This document shows positions 1 through 11,990 of a stretch of 64,000 bases of DNA, piece by piece (within the stretch, counting starts at the first letter, position 1; the number at the start of each line of letters is the position of its first letter). The stretch is from Rhina ancylostomus (lineage: Eukaryota): NCBI GenBank assembly GCA_030265395.1, contig JARFYF010000012.1, positions 22,636,213 through 22,700,212 of the forward strand, written 5' to 3'. The notes under the pieces were generated by a model that worked only from the letters and a program-made list of their open reading frames with translations, was not told where the DNA came from and did not search any database. A program made the position numbers and the translations under genes.

Positions 1-49
1 TGTGTGCCAGCACAGGTATTGGCCATCAAAGGAAAAGAGTGTATAAAGT

Positions 50-256
50 TCATATCCTCAGTCTTGGCACATAGCTCATGGTCTGCAGGGCAGTAGAGAT
101 CCCTGTCTTCTTGTATGCTTCTGAGACATTACCCTCAGCAGGTAACTCAAAATACTGGAAAGAACATGTCTCTGCAAAATCTTCCAAGTACATTGGCAGG
201 ATAAGTGAATGATTATTTCTGTCCTCTTCCAATTCAACATTTCCACTACTGAAGGT
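50..256 (-). CDS. Candidate terminal coding exon of unidentified minus-strand gene (TFSSGNVELEEDRNNHSLILPMYLEDF...YVPRLRI*)
   Basis: Non-repetitive open frame. AG at 257-258 gives a phase-0 start matching the phase-0 donor of exon 2942-3560. Polypyrimidine tract is weak. Confidence 0.3.
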   Translation of the reverse strand, partial: TFSSGNVELEEDRNNHSLILPMYLEDFAETCSFQYFELPAEGNVSEAYKKTGISTALQTMSYVPRLRI

Positions 257-374
257 CTAATTACACTATGTTAATCTCGTAGGAGAGATCACATCATTTG
301 CATACCTATCACTTGGCTTCTGAACTGATGTTTTATTCCAAGCTTCGTCACAGCAAGAGATTAACAGAAAGACA

Positions 375-730
375 GTGAATAAAATTCAAGGATATTCTCA
401 AAACCTCCTTGAAATAATGTATTTTCTCCACTTATTCACAGAGTCATAGAGTTATATGGCACAGAAACAGGCCCTTCAGCTCAACTCCTCCATGATTCCT
501 GGAAATCTTTGGCCCATGGCCTAAAGTGGAGGAGGAGCATTTGGAATAGCACCGAGAAATTTGTGTCCATGCATTCCAGTGTAAACAGTGAAAGGAGCAC
601 ACCACCTCACAAACTACCCATCCTCTTGTCCTGTTAGGCACCTCCTAACCCATCTGTAGAAGAGTCCATGGGTTACAGATAACCCTCAACAGTCACATCA
701 GAACCTACAAAACTTGAATGGAAGCAAGGT
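375..730 (+). mobile_element. Decayed RTE-type LINE 3' fragment, interrupted by a short CR1 tail (about 440-495)
   Basis: Translates to KFKDILKTSLK, W-rich KWRRSIW and a degenerate C-terminal C2H2-like segment (PICRRV...SHIRT), as at RTE ORF ends. Confidence 0.5.
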
Positions 731-1071
731 AAAGTAAGGGAGTGGGTGGCGGGAGGAGGAAAGAGGATGAGGAGAACAAGAACAACAAGGACTGCCTATT
801 ATAAGGTAGATGGTGAAAAACAGGACAAGGACATGACCAGAAAACCTCTGCATAGAATGACCACTTTGGTGACGGTGGAAAGGATTGGGTTATCCAAGAA
901 GGATAAGTACTCTGCTGCCAGGACATCATATCAACAGCCTAACTTCCAGAGCAGTTCTCGATTAAATACAAGTGTGAAGAATGAATTGGAAAATGTGACA
1001 GTGAATGCAAAAGCAATGGAGGACTAAATACAGGAATACTGTGGATGACTGACATTAATAACATTCTGATC

Positions 1072-2735
1072 TCAGAGCCATACAGCATGGAAACAGGCCC
1101 TTCGGCCCAACTTGTTCATGCCAACTGTGTTGCCCAGCAAGCTAGTCCCATCTGCCCATGTTTAGCCCATAGCACTCTAAATCTCTCCTATCCATGTACT
1201 TATCTAGATGGCATTTAAATGTTACTAATGTACCTGCCTCAACCACTGTTTCTGGCAGCTCATTCCAAATATGCGCCACCACACTGCCCATGATGTCCCT
1301 TTTAAATCTCACACCTCTGATCTTAAACCTATGTCTTCTTGTTTATAGTACCCCCTGCCTGTGGAAAAAAACTGTGCTTTCACCTTGTCTAGGCCCCTCA
1401 TAATCTTATACACCTCTATCAGGTCACCCCTCAATCTGTACAGTCCAGGGAATAAAGTCCTATTCTACACAATCTCTCCTTGTAACGCAGGCCCCCAAGT
1501 CCAGGCAACATCCTGGTAAACCTTTTCTGCACTCTTCCTAGTTTAATAACATCTTTCCAATAACAGGTGACTATACTGTAGTATAGTCAGAAAGTATACA
1601 TAATACCAAATGCAGCCTCACCAATGCCTTGCATAACTGCAACAAAATTCCCAACTCCTACATTCAGTGCCCTGACTGATGAAGGCCAGAGAGCCAAATG
1701 CCTTCTTCACCACCCTATCTACCTGTGACACTGCTTTTAGCGAACTTTGCACTTCTTGGTCCCTCTGTTCCTTAACACTCCCCGGGGCCCTACCATTCAT
1801 TGTATATGTCCTACCCTAGTTTGATCTTCCAAAATGCAATTCCTCACATTTATCTGGATGAAAGCCATTTGCCAATCCTCAGCCCACATACCTAGCTGAT
1901 CAAGATCCCCCTGTAATTTTTTATAATGTTCTATAGTGCCTACAACAGCACCAATTTTAGTATCATCCACAAACTTGCTAACCATCCCTTGTGCATTCCC
2001 ATCCAAATCGTTTATATACATTACAAACAACGAAGATCCCAGCCCCAATCCCTGTGGTACACCAGTATATTAGACTTCCAGTCAAAAGAACACCACTCCC
2101 CTCTGCTTCTTTTCTGCAAGTCAATTTTGGATCCAGTTTGCCAACACGCCTCAAATCCTTTGTGCCTTAACCTTCTGGGTCAGCTCACCTTGCAGAACAT
2201 GTCAAAGGCCTTACTGAAGTCCATGTAAACTACATTTACAATTTTGCTTTCATCAATTTTCTTAATTATCTCCTCAAAAAACTCAACCTGATTTGTGAGA
2301 CAGGATGTTTCCTGCACAAAACCATACTGACTTCTCCTAATCATTTCCTGTTTCTCCAAGTGGCCTGTACATTCCAGGCTTATCACTTCTGCCCTTTTTG
2401 GGTAAGGAGACAACATTCACCTGTGGCTAACAGAGATGCCATCAGAGCCCCAGCAATCTCCTCCCTTTCTTCCCTTAGCATTCAGGGCTAGATCCTGTCA
2501 GACCCTAGGGAAATTATACACCCTAACCTGCACCAATATTTCTAACAATTCCTCCTTCCTGATATAGACATACTCCAGAACAGCAGTGTACTCCTCCCTT
2601 AACTCACCAGCCTCCACGTCCTTCTCCCTGGGGAATACCAATGAGAAGTATCCATTTAGGATCTTGATCATATCCCCTGGCTCCACACGTAGATTATTCC
2701 TTTGGTCCCTGAGGGATAACTACATTCCATTTTGA
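1072..2735 (-). mobile_element. 5'-truncated CR1 LINE (RT region to 3' tail)
   Basis: ORF fragments SQYGFVQETSCLTN, VYMDFSKAFD, LFVMYINDLD, SKFVDDTKIG. CR1 3' UTR (reads aaacaggcccttcggccca on +) near 1090. Confidence 0.95.
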
Positions 2736-2941
2736 GACTGGAAATTTAATTTAAATGGAGACTATACTTCACTATTATAATCAATGTCTTGTAAGCAATA
2801 TCCACAATTATAAGTGTGATGGCATAAAGAACAAATGAGAAAGCAGGCTGAAACTGCAAATGATTTTCTGACTACAGGAGAGCGTTATGGTTATTTTTTA
2901 ATATCATTGAATTACTCTCTGTATTTTCTTTCTAGACTTAC

Positions 2942-3560
2942 CTCTATGCAGTGTAGTATTGGCGTATTATTATCATGTTTTCCATTGATGATATAAATTG
3001 CAAAATTTCGCCTGGGTAATTGATGGTATTTTGCAGTATCAGAAGTGACTAGCGTAATCGACTCTTTCCTATGCATGCAGAAGTCTTTTATTTGTGCTTT
3101 CTCAATTCTTGCACCAAAATTAATTTCAGCATTGGTTGTTCTGTAAGCTGGGGAATCTTGTGTTCTCTGGGCATGTGTTGTAAAAGGCTTATCTGAATAG
3201 TTCATGTTAGACACACACTTTGTAGAACCTGAATAATACTGATTAAGTCCTTCTCTGTAGCCAAGTCTGTCATTTGCATTCTGGTTGTTCAGGCTTGCTG
3301 TGTGTGTAATGTACTCACTAGACAGCTCTGGCATCGATGCAGTCTGTGAAGCTGGTGGAGCAGCTCTTTTTTTGAAGTCCCCTGTGACCCTTCTTTGTGC
3401 CTCTTGAGCCTGCAATGAAATGTTTTCCAAACTACTGTTCGCCATAAAAGGTCTGGATGGCAAAATCTTCACCTGAGACATCATAAAATCCCAGTAGTCA
3501 CTCTTATATTCTTCACTTGTGTAAGTTGTAGGCACTTGTTCAATAGGCAGCTCCATTGTT
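2942..3560 (-). CDS. Large internal exon (619 bp, phase 2 to 0) of an unidentified gene; Ser/Thr/Gln-rich protein segment
   Basis: Longest ORF in the window (214 aa), non-repetitive. Acceptor tttatttaatgaatgtag|aacaATG; consensus donor GAG|gtaagt falls at a codon boundary just before the ORF stop. Confidence 0.65.
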
Positions 3561-3700
3561 CTACATTCATTAAATAAACATCAGTAGTTTTAGAATATCA
3601 CAGGTCCATTACAGTATTTCATATTCTGTTTTTTGATGATCTGATCAGGAAGTAAAATTCTTTCAGGTAGAGTCCCAGCTCCAGTGTCAAATCCACTTAC

Positions 3701-3722
3701 AGAACAGAAGTATCTGAAGAAC
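3701..3722 (-). CDS. 22-bp micro-exon (phase 1 to 2; GSSDTSVL) of the same gene
   Basis: Acceptor tgttctccttacttag| and donor |gtaagt. A 140-bp intron joins it in frame to 2942-3560. Confidence 0.5.
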
Positions 3723-4504
3723 CTAAGTAAGGAGAACACACAGTATTCTATTATCAATAAATGCCAACCTTGTTAATGCTATCAAATGCAACAAAAACAA
3801 ATCATTCTTTAGGGTCATTTCCTGATAAATCACCATGGAACTATACTCTAATAAATACACATACCTTCATTTCCAATGCAGGCTGTGTCTTTTATCTGCT
3901 GTATGAGAAAACAGTTGATGCAAGTAAATGTTTTATAACGCGAGGAAGCTTTGTAACCCAATCTGCTTGCTTGCTTCAGGATTGATTACACTTTGAATGC
4001 TTTATAGCTTTGCTCCGTCTGCATAAGTATTGTGCAAGTTGACCCAATAAAGTATATAAATTGTTTTCCAGTTTTGACTACACTTAAAACTTGCTTGTTC
4101 ATGATACGGTTATAACTGTCAGAAAATTTTCAAGTCATGCGTGAAATAACTGAGCAAGTCTCCCCTCAAAGTGAACAAAAGACAGCTCTGTTAGAATTCA
4201 AGGCAGAGATCACACTGGTTCCATTCAGAACGGAACTGTTATCTCTTTAGATTGAATTACTTCTTTATTTTGCTTTGTGTTGTTATTTTCAATCCAAGCA
4301 TGCTATATATATTCTACAGTTGTTTTGCAAAATCATATGAATTTTGATATAAATAGTTTATTTATTTTATAAATAGATTTGCTTTTGAATTCATTATTAA
4401 TTTCCTTAACAAACAGTCATGGGAAATATTGCTATGTGCGATTTATTTATTTGCTTCAGCGTTTTGCTTCTGATATAGCAAGACTTAATTCTTCTGAACA
4501 CTAT

Positions 4505-4985
4505 AAGAGTGCAGAGGAGATTTGCGAGGATGTTGGTGGGACTTGAGGGATTGAGTTGTGGAGAGAGGTTAAGCAGTTTGGGACTTTATTCATTGGACTA
4601 GGAGAATGAGGGATGATCTTATAGAGTGCATAAAATTATGAGGGGCATAAATAGGGTGAATGTGTATAGTCTTTTTTCCAGAATTGGGGAATCAAGAACT
4701 GGAGGACATAGGTTTAGGCTGAGAGGGGAGAGATTTAACAGGAACCTGAGGGGCAACTTTTTTCACCCAGACGTTGGTCAGTATATGGAATGTGCTGCCA
4801 GAGGAAGTGGTTGAGGCAGGTACATTAATAACATTTCAAAGGCACTTGGACACATATATGGATAGGAAATGTTTAGAGGGATATGGGCCAAATGCGGGAA
4901 ATGGGACTAGCTTAGATGGGAATATTGGTCGGCATGGACCTGTTGGGCCGAAGGGCCTGTTTCTGTACTCTATGACTCTATGACT
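4505..4985 (+). mobile_element. CR1 LINE 3' fragment
   Basis: ESRTGGHRFRLRGERFNRNLRGNFF and IWNVLPEEVVEAG, ending in a (ctctatga)n tail. Confidence 0.95.
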
Positions 4986-5374
4986 TTATAATCAATCAGA
5001 TAATAAAAAGTGTTCAATCCATAATGGTCTAGATTTTNNNNNNNNNCAGGAAAGACTTCTGAATAAAAACAGAAAATACTCAGCAGGTTAGGTTGGAGAG
5101 AGAAAGGAAGTTAATGTTTCAGGTCGATGACATTTCGATGGAAGGATTTTGATGTTCATCTCACTGACGGTTCTTCAGAGATTTTTGAAGGCTTATCAGT
5201 GGATATACCTACTAACCTGGTGTCTGTTTTGATGCAGGGATCTGTTGCATGTATGAGCAGAACAAGCAACAGTGAAATGATGCAGATGGAAGAATCTCAC
5301 TGGGATGCAATGAGTGTAAACCACAAAGTAAAAAACATAAATTACATGTAACCTCTGACTTTAGTCATTTTTTG

Positions 5375-5544
5375 GTATGTGGCCATGGTTGGTAAGGTCA
5401 GTGATTATTGCTCATCCCTTGTCCATGAGAAAATGGTGGTGAGTTGTCTTTTTGAAACATTGCTCATCTTCTGGTGAAGATAATTCCACAGCACTGTTGC
5501 GTAGAGAGTACCAGGAATTCAGCCAGCTGGCAATGAAGGGCTAG

Positions 5545-5605
<61 letters not shown>

Positions 5606-7830
5606 CATATAGTCAGGGTGGTGTATGACTTGTAAGGGATGCTCCCTGCTGTCCTTGTCCCTTTGGTAGTAGATGACATGGGTTTGAGATATGATGTTGG
5701 AAAGGCCAAAACAAGTAACAGCAGTTGGTGGTACACACTACAGTTACTGTGTGTTGGTGATGTAGGGGAAAGAATATCATGGGTGGTTCATGGGTACCAA
5801 TCAAGTCGGCTGTTTTGACTTGGAGGGTCTTGGGCTTGCTGAGAATTATTGCCACAGCACTTATCCAGACAAGTGGAGAGTACTCCAGCACCCTCCTGAC
5901 ATGCACCTTGTAAATGGTGGAAAGCAATGTGTGTCGGAGGGAGGGGGGAGTCATTCACTACAGGATACCCAGCCTTAGATCTGCTTTTGCAACCCAAGTT
6001 TTCATTTGACTGCTTTAGCTGATTTTCTAATAATTTGGATGTTTCGTTTATTTTTTTTTCTCTTTCTTTTTGATTTGCTCTGCATTTTATAAATAATACA
6101 TTTACATCGTTGGCGAGACACCAACATTCTAACTGTACTGAAACAATTTGACTAGTGGTGCAGCTCGTCCTGAAGTGCAGATATTCAACACCATCACTGC
6201 AATGTTGTCTGTTCCCATCACCTTTGCTGTATCCATTGCTCTGAGCACATTCTTTATATCACATGGACCAAATTCAATTGGCTGAAGACTAGCTTCTGTG
6301 ATGCTGGGGGAGTTTCAAGAGGAAGCTGAAATGGATAATCTTCTGGCACTTCAGGCTGAGATAGTTTAAACTTGCCTTCAGCACTCACATATTGATCCAC
6401 ATCATCATTGAGGATGGGTATATTCTTGGAGTCTTCATTACCCATTAGCTGTTTAATTGTCCATCACCATTCCTGACTAGATCTGGTATGACTGCAGAGC
6501 TTTGATCCAATCTGAGATCACTTATCTCTGTTCATTGCATGCTGTTTTTATTGATTAGAATACACATCGCTCTGTGTTGCAGTCTTACCAGGTTGGCACC
6601 TCATCATTGTTAACAACACCCGGTGCTGCTCCCTGCATACCATTCTGTACCTCTCATTGATCTCCTGGCCTTGGAGCCATGTGAGAATGATGGCTATGTC
6701 AGACCACGTTTGTGGTGGTATACAGTCTTGCTGCTTCAGATGCTCCACAGCACCTTGTGGGTGTCCAGTTTTGAGCTGTGCTGTCTGTTCTAAGTCTATC
6801 TCATTTAGCATGATTGTAGCTACAAACCATGTTGGAGGCGTCCTCAATGTGGAAGGTGGGACTGTGTGTTGGTCACTCCCAATCTTATCATGAACAGATG
6901 CATCTTTTACAAGTAAATTGGCAAGGATGAGGTCAAGCAGGGTCATCCCTTGTGTTAATTCACTCATTGCCAACTGCAGACCCAATCCGGCAACTATGCT
7001 CTCAGCATGCAACCAGTGCTTTTGCTACTAAATCACTCTTGCTTATAGACATTGATAGTCTCGCAACCAAAGTACATTCCAAGCCCTTGCGAGTGTCAAT
7101 AAATCTTTTAAGTGTTTTTAGACATGGAGGAGCACTGATTCATCAGTGAAGGGAGAATAGCAGGTGGTAGTCAGAAGGGATTTTCCTTACTCCTGTTCAA
7201 CTTAATGCCATGAGACTTCATGGGGTCCAGAGTCAATGTGGAGGACTCATATGGGCTACTGTCTCCTACATGTATATCACTGTGCTGCCAACATAGGCAG
7301 GTCTGTCCTGCCAATGGGTAAGTATATACCCAGGGATTATAATGGAGGGGTCTGGCACATTGCCTGTAAGGTGCACCTCTGTAAGCACAACCATGTCAGG
7401 GTGTTACTTGACTACTTAGTGGCACAGCTCTCCCAATTTAGACACCAGTCCTCAATTGATCTAGCTTCAATTTTCCATGTCTGAATTTGCTGCCTAAGTG
7501 TATGTAGTTGTATTCTTTCATTGTTTGAATGTAATAGCAATGGTACAACTGAGTAGCTTGCAAAGTCATTTCCAGATGTACAGTTAGGAGTCTGGAGTCA
7601 CATAAAGGCCAGTTCGGGTAAGGAATGAAGATTTCCTCCCCTGAAAAGCATTCGTAAACAAAATGAGTTTTTAATGACAATCCAGTAGTTTTTCTGGTCA
7701 TCATTACTGTAACATATTTTTCAAAATCCTTAAAATGAATTTAATTTCCTCCACTATCATGGTGGGATTTGAACTTGGACTTTTTCATCTGGACTATTAG
7801 CCTGACAATTTAACTGCTGTTGCCTACAGA
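5375..7830 (-). mobile_element. Old CR1/L2-group LINE with internal deletions: tRNA-like head, APE, part of RT, 3' tail
   Basis: APE motif LLDLILANL...IGSDQHTV; C-terminal IYKVHVRRVLEYSPLVW; B-box GTTCAAATCC (minus) at 7765-7774. Confidence 0.8.
5547..5609. repeat. (TA)n microsatellite
   Basis: Directly visible. Confidence 0.95.
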
Positions 7831-9195
7831 AACTAAAATAAAGAAAAGGATAAGTAACCAAAAGTGAAGTTAATAAAAATGTTTTAATTTGGCAGTGTTT
7901 AATTTCTTCAATTTCATAAAATAATCAACCAAATTATTAACTGATTGTCCAGGGATCCCCACAACCCCACCCCCACTCTATCTCATTTAAAATCCCTTTG
8001 CATAAAACAGTCACTTAAAGTTAATTTTTCAAGGCTAGTAATGTTGATTGGCAGTGACTATCACAGTGTTAAATAACATATTTGCTTCTGAATGCACTAA
8101 CTTGTTTAGCCAATTTTAGTCTGGAATATGGTTCAATGTCATTAGCTCATGTGTTACAGTTATCTTAATACCTTGTTTAGTGATGAGAGCTGCAAAAGTA
8201 CCCCCCAGCTTGGAACTCAGTCAACAATTCCGAGACTTCTATGTTTACAGGAGGTATGCAGATGCCAGATGTTGTGATTAGGTTTACTTTGTAGTTACTG
8301 TGAGTGGTAGTCTTGACATTATTATTTCAGCCAAATTCAGGCCATTAATTTTATTAAAGAAGGTTTCATTTAGAAGTTATCAAAGAATAGAATGGTAACC
8401 TACACCCAAATCATAACTGTTATCGGTTTGCAAGAACTGTACTTGAAAGTAGCCAGCCTATAATCTCCATCTCTCCCTGAATTAGACACTACCAATACAT
8501 CTGACCAGTATACATAATGAAGAATCTCAGAATTGACATTTATCTTGCAATGAACGTGGCTGCCCATTGTAACACTAGCATTTCTTGTCATTATTTACTC
8601 TTAATCTTCATGATATGCAAGGTGAGGAAACTCAACTGATTAAAAATACACTCCAATTTCTGGCAGCCAATTTGCATAACTATGGTTGCTACATTTTAAT
8701 ATTAAGCAAACTGGTAAGCAAGCTGGTAAAAAATTGATCTGCTGAGCCAATTTTCATCCATTGACCAAAATCCCAAAAGTTCACAAGGGCTGTGTTCCAG
8801 GCTGTCTGATCCTGACTCTCACAAACTTTACTGTATAAAAGGATGTCATTTCATGAAAAAAAAAACAAGGGAAAATCTGGAGCATCCACATGGGCAGTGG
8901 GCCACAACATCTAGTGAAGATGGTCAGTCCAAGAAGGTTGCCATTCTCACTACCCTCATTCGATGCAACTTGATGCTGCCCCCAAATGGCTGCTTTAGAC
9001 TGAAAACATTAAGAGAATAAAATCTTTTTGTCTTTTGGATCCTATGAATCAAATATAGTTGTTAGAGGGGCATGGATGATCCAAAGAGTTATCATTTGCC
9101 AACTGTTTGTCAGGTTCCACTGAAGAACCAATGCACAGATCTCTGTGAATACAGAATCTTTTTTTCTTCAAAGGTAGGTCCAGATTCTCAGGAAG

Positions 9196-9397
9196 GAGAC
9201 ACAAAAGACTGCAGATGCTGGACTATGGAGTAACAAACAATCTGCTGGATGAACTCAGTGGGTCCAGCAGCATCTGAGGGGGGAAGGAATTGTTGGCATT
9301 TTGGTAAGAAATCCTAAAGCAGAAACATCAACAATTCCTTTCCCCCCTCAGATACTGTGTGACCCACTGAGTTCCTCCAGCAGATTGTTTGTTGCTC
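9196..9397. mobile_element. Penelope-derived palindromic (MITE-like) element
   Basis: Arms caaacaatctgctggatgaactcagtgggtc...aggaattgttg and caacaattcct...gacccactgagttcctccagcagattgtttg are reverse complements. Confidence 0.8.
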
Positions 9398-9714
9398 AGG
9401 TTCCTCAGGATATTAGTTTTTCTTAAGGAGTACCCTTCCCTTTGCCACATAGCCTGTAATCCCAAATTGCAGCCACGTATGGCAGCTTGTAGCAGTCAGA
9501 AGCCTGCCCTGTGAAAGTTTGAGCCAATTATGGGTGTCTGTTTTATGGTGGCAGTCAGTGAAGTAAAACCTTCATCACAGCATTGGGGCAATCCACCCGG
9601 GCTGGAACATAGGAGAATGAATATAGGAGCAAATCTGCTCTACCACTACTGTGCCAAATTCACACTTCTAATCGAGTTGCACTACTGACAATTGGTGAAA
9701 GGTATAGTTAGCTT

Positions 9715-9958
9715 TAGAACTTTATTTATACAGCACGGTAACAGGCCCTTCTGTCCCAATGAGCCCCCACCACCCAATTACACCCATGTTAACCTACTAA
9801 CCCGTACATCTTTGGAATGTGGGAGGAAATCAGAGCATCTGGAGGAAACCCACACAGTCACGGGGAGAATATACAAACTCCACACATACAGCGGAGGGAA
9901 TTGAACCCTGATTGCTGGCGCTGTAATAGCGTTACACTAACCACTATGCTATTGTGCT
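9715..9958 (-). mobile_element. HE1/V-SINE-type tRNA-derived SINE with CR1 tail
   Basis: Minus strand shows A-box-like tagcatagtggttag and B-box gggttcaattc, central gagtttgtatattctccccgtgac, and a CR1-like 3' end. Confidence 0.9.
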
Positions 9959-10959
9959 TTAATCAAACTCTTAATTGGAACAACGAAGTACAAGTACTCA
10001 CGGCTTGTACAATATTCTGTCAAGACACAAGGTGATTGTCTCTGACCTGTGGTGCCCAGCTTTCTCTGAATCCCAGCTCAGGGTTCCTCCTTTCTGAGTG
10101 TTGGTCCTAGGCTTTGGTAAGGAGTTAAGTCCTATTTCCAGGACTAATCTCCCTCCAATTCCTTCTGTTATCCTCCAAAGAGGTGGTAGCATATCAATAT
10201 TCCAGTTCATTTCAGCTATCTTCACTCCATTGCAGCTGGATTATTGACTCGCAGAGTATCACCTTCATTTTCCACTTAATGACAATTGTGTAGCATCCCA
10301 GCTATTAGTACTGAGCTGATCAGGTACAATGGACATGGGATTGATGGTTCATGACCATTCATACAAGGACTCTTTCTCCACATGGGTCTGATAGCCAGGC
10401 CTCATCACTTATGTATTTCTGTGCTTTAACCTAGGCCTCTAGTTATGTCATATGTCATATATTACCATAGTAATAATCAGCTCTCCTGCATGACTTGAGA
10501 CCCTAGATGCCATTGGAAGTGTGGCATCATTATTTCTTATTTGACTACAACCAAATGGCCACTGTCTTAATACGTCCAGTTCATCAGGCCTCTGAGATCT
10601 TTGGTCTTTGTAAAGTGAGCTAACTTCCCAATGTATTACTCTTGCTTAGCGAAGCTGAAATAATGTTACATTGGGGTACTGTTCCTTGTCACATAGCAGT
10701 CTGGTTCCAGTTTATAGTTAGATGTATTTCTCAGAACAATTCCTAATTGAAAATCCTGTGATCAATCCTAGAGATTCACACCCTCATTTAATTCATTATC
10801 CTCTCCTTGCTTATATTTTCTTACAATCTTAGAGAACTTAAGAGACCATTAACTGCCCTTGTGGCAACTTCAACAAATAACAAATGTCTGTTAAGGTTGT
10901 GCAGACTGTTCTTTCTTCTATTCTATGATGGTTGTCTTAATTCACTGACCACTAGACTA

Positions 10960-11990
10960 TTCAATAAGGTAATTTGGCCTCAATCCGGTTTCATACATGT
11001 TCCCCATAACCCTGTAGTCCAAAAATCTACATATCTCAGCCTTGAATACATTCAAGGACTCAGCCTCCTCAGATCTCTGGGGTAGTGAAATCCAAATATT
11101 CACAAATCTCTGACTGAAGAAGAAATTCCTTCTCATTTCCTTATAAGATTAAATATTCACTCAGTATCAACCCTGTCAGGCCTCCCCTGAATCCTTTATG
11201 TTTCAGTAGGATCACCACTCATTCTTCTAAACAGCTATGTATTTCAGCCTAGAAATCAATCACTTATTACAACACAAAAAGAGGCCATTCATCCCATAAG
11301 GTCCACGACAGCTCCCAGCAGAGTTCCCATTAGTCCCATTCCCTCCCTTTCTTCCCCTGTAGTCTTGCAACTTTTTTTCTCTCATATATTCATCAACTCC
11401 CCTTTGATTNNNNNNNNNNNNNNNNNNNNNNNNNNNNNNNNNNNNNNNNNNNNNNNNNNNNNNNNNNNNNNNNNNNNNNNNNNNNNNNNNNNNNNNNNNN
11501 NNNNNNNNNCATCAACTCCCCTTTGATTCTTTTGCAATTTACCAGCATTAAAGGACATTTACAGCCAATTAACTTGCCGGGATATCTTTGAGATAAGGGA
11601 AGAAACTGGAGCAACCAGGGAAACTCACAGTTTCGGGGAGAAACTGCCAGCTGCACACACACCACCCAAGGTCGGATTGAACCCACGATGCTGAAGCTGC
11701 TTCGCCATTGTGCTGCTCCGTTAAAAAAATGTCTGGATTATTAACCAAATGCAAATTCTAAAGTGCTAAAGTGGGATTTGGTCTCTGGATTACTAGCCCG
11801 GTAATGTAACCACTAAACCATCTGTGCAATCAAGTAAATCTGCTTTGAACTGCCTCTGATGAAAATATCTCCTTCCTCAAGTATGGAGACCAGAAGTGTT
11901 TGCTGTATTCCAGTTGTGGCCTCAGCAATGTCCCTGTATAATTTTAGTCAGACTTTTGTACAGCAACCACCTTGCAATAAAGCCTAACAT
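10960..11990 (-). mobile_element. Old CR1 3' fragment with nested V-SINE (about 11265-11720) and a short tRNA-head fragment
   Basis: Similar to other decayed CR1 3' ends in the window (gatcaccactcattcttctaaac); SINE core gaaactcacag...gagaaactgc. Confidence 0.7.

Noticed and set aside
746-1027. 93-aa basic plus-strand ORF
   Set aside because: Purine-rich low-complexity sequence between repeats, non-ATG start, no splice or homology support.
5464-5736. ORF with IYIYIY repeat
   Set aside because: Translation of a (TA)n microsatellite inside a LINE.
9890-9958. tRNA-like A/B boxes here and in other SINE heads
   Set aside because: SINE heads attached to V-SINE bodies; no complete cloverleaf, so not tRNA genes.
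11390-11528. catcaactcccctttgatt repeated around a gap
   Set aside because: Contig-end overlap artefact within a SINE.
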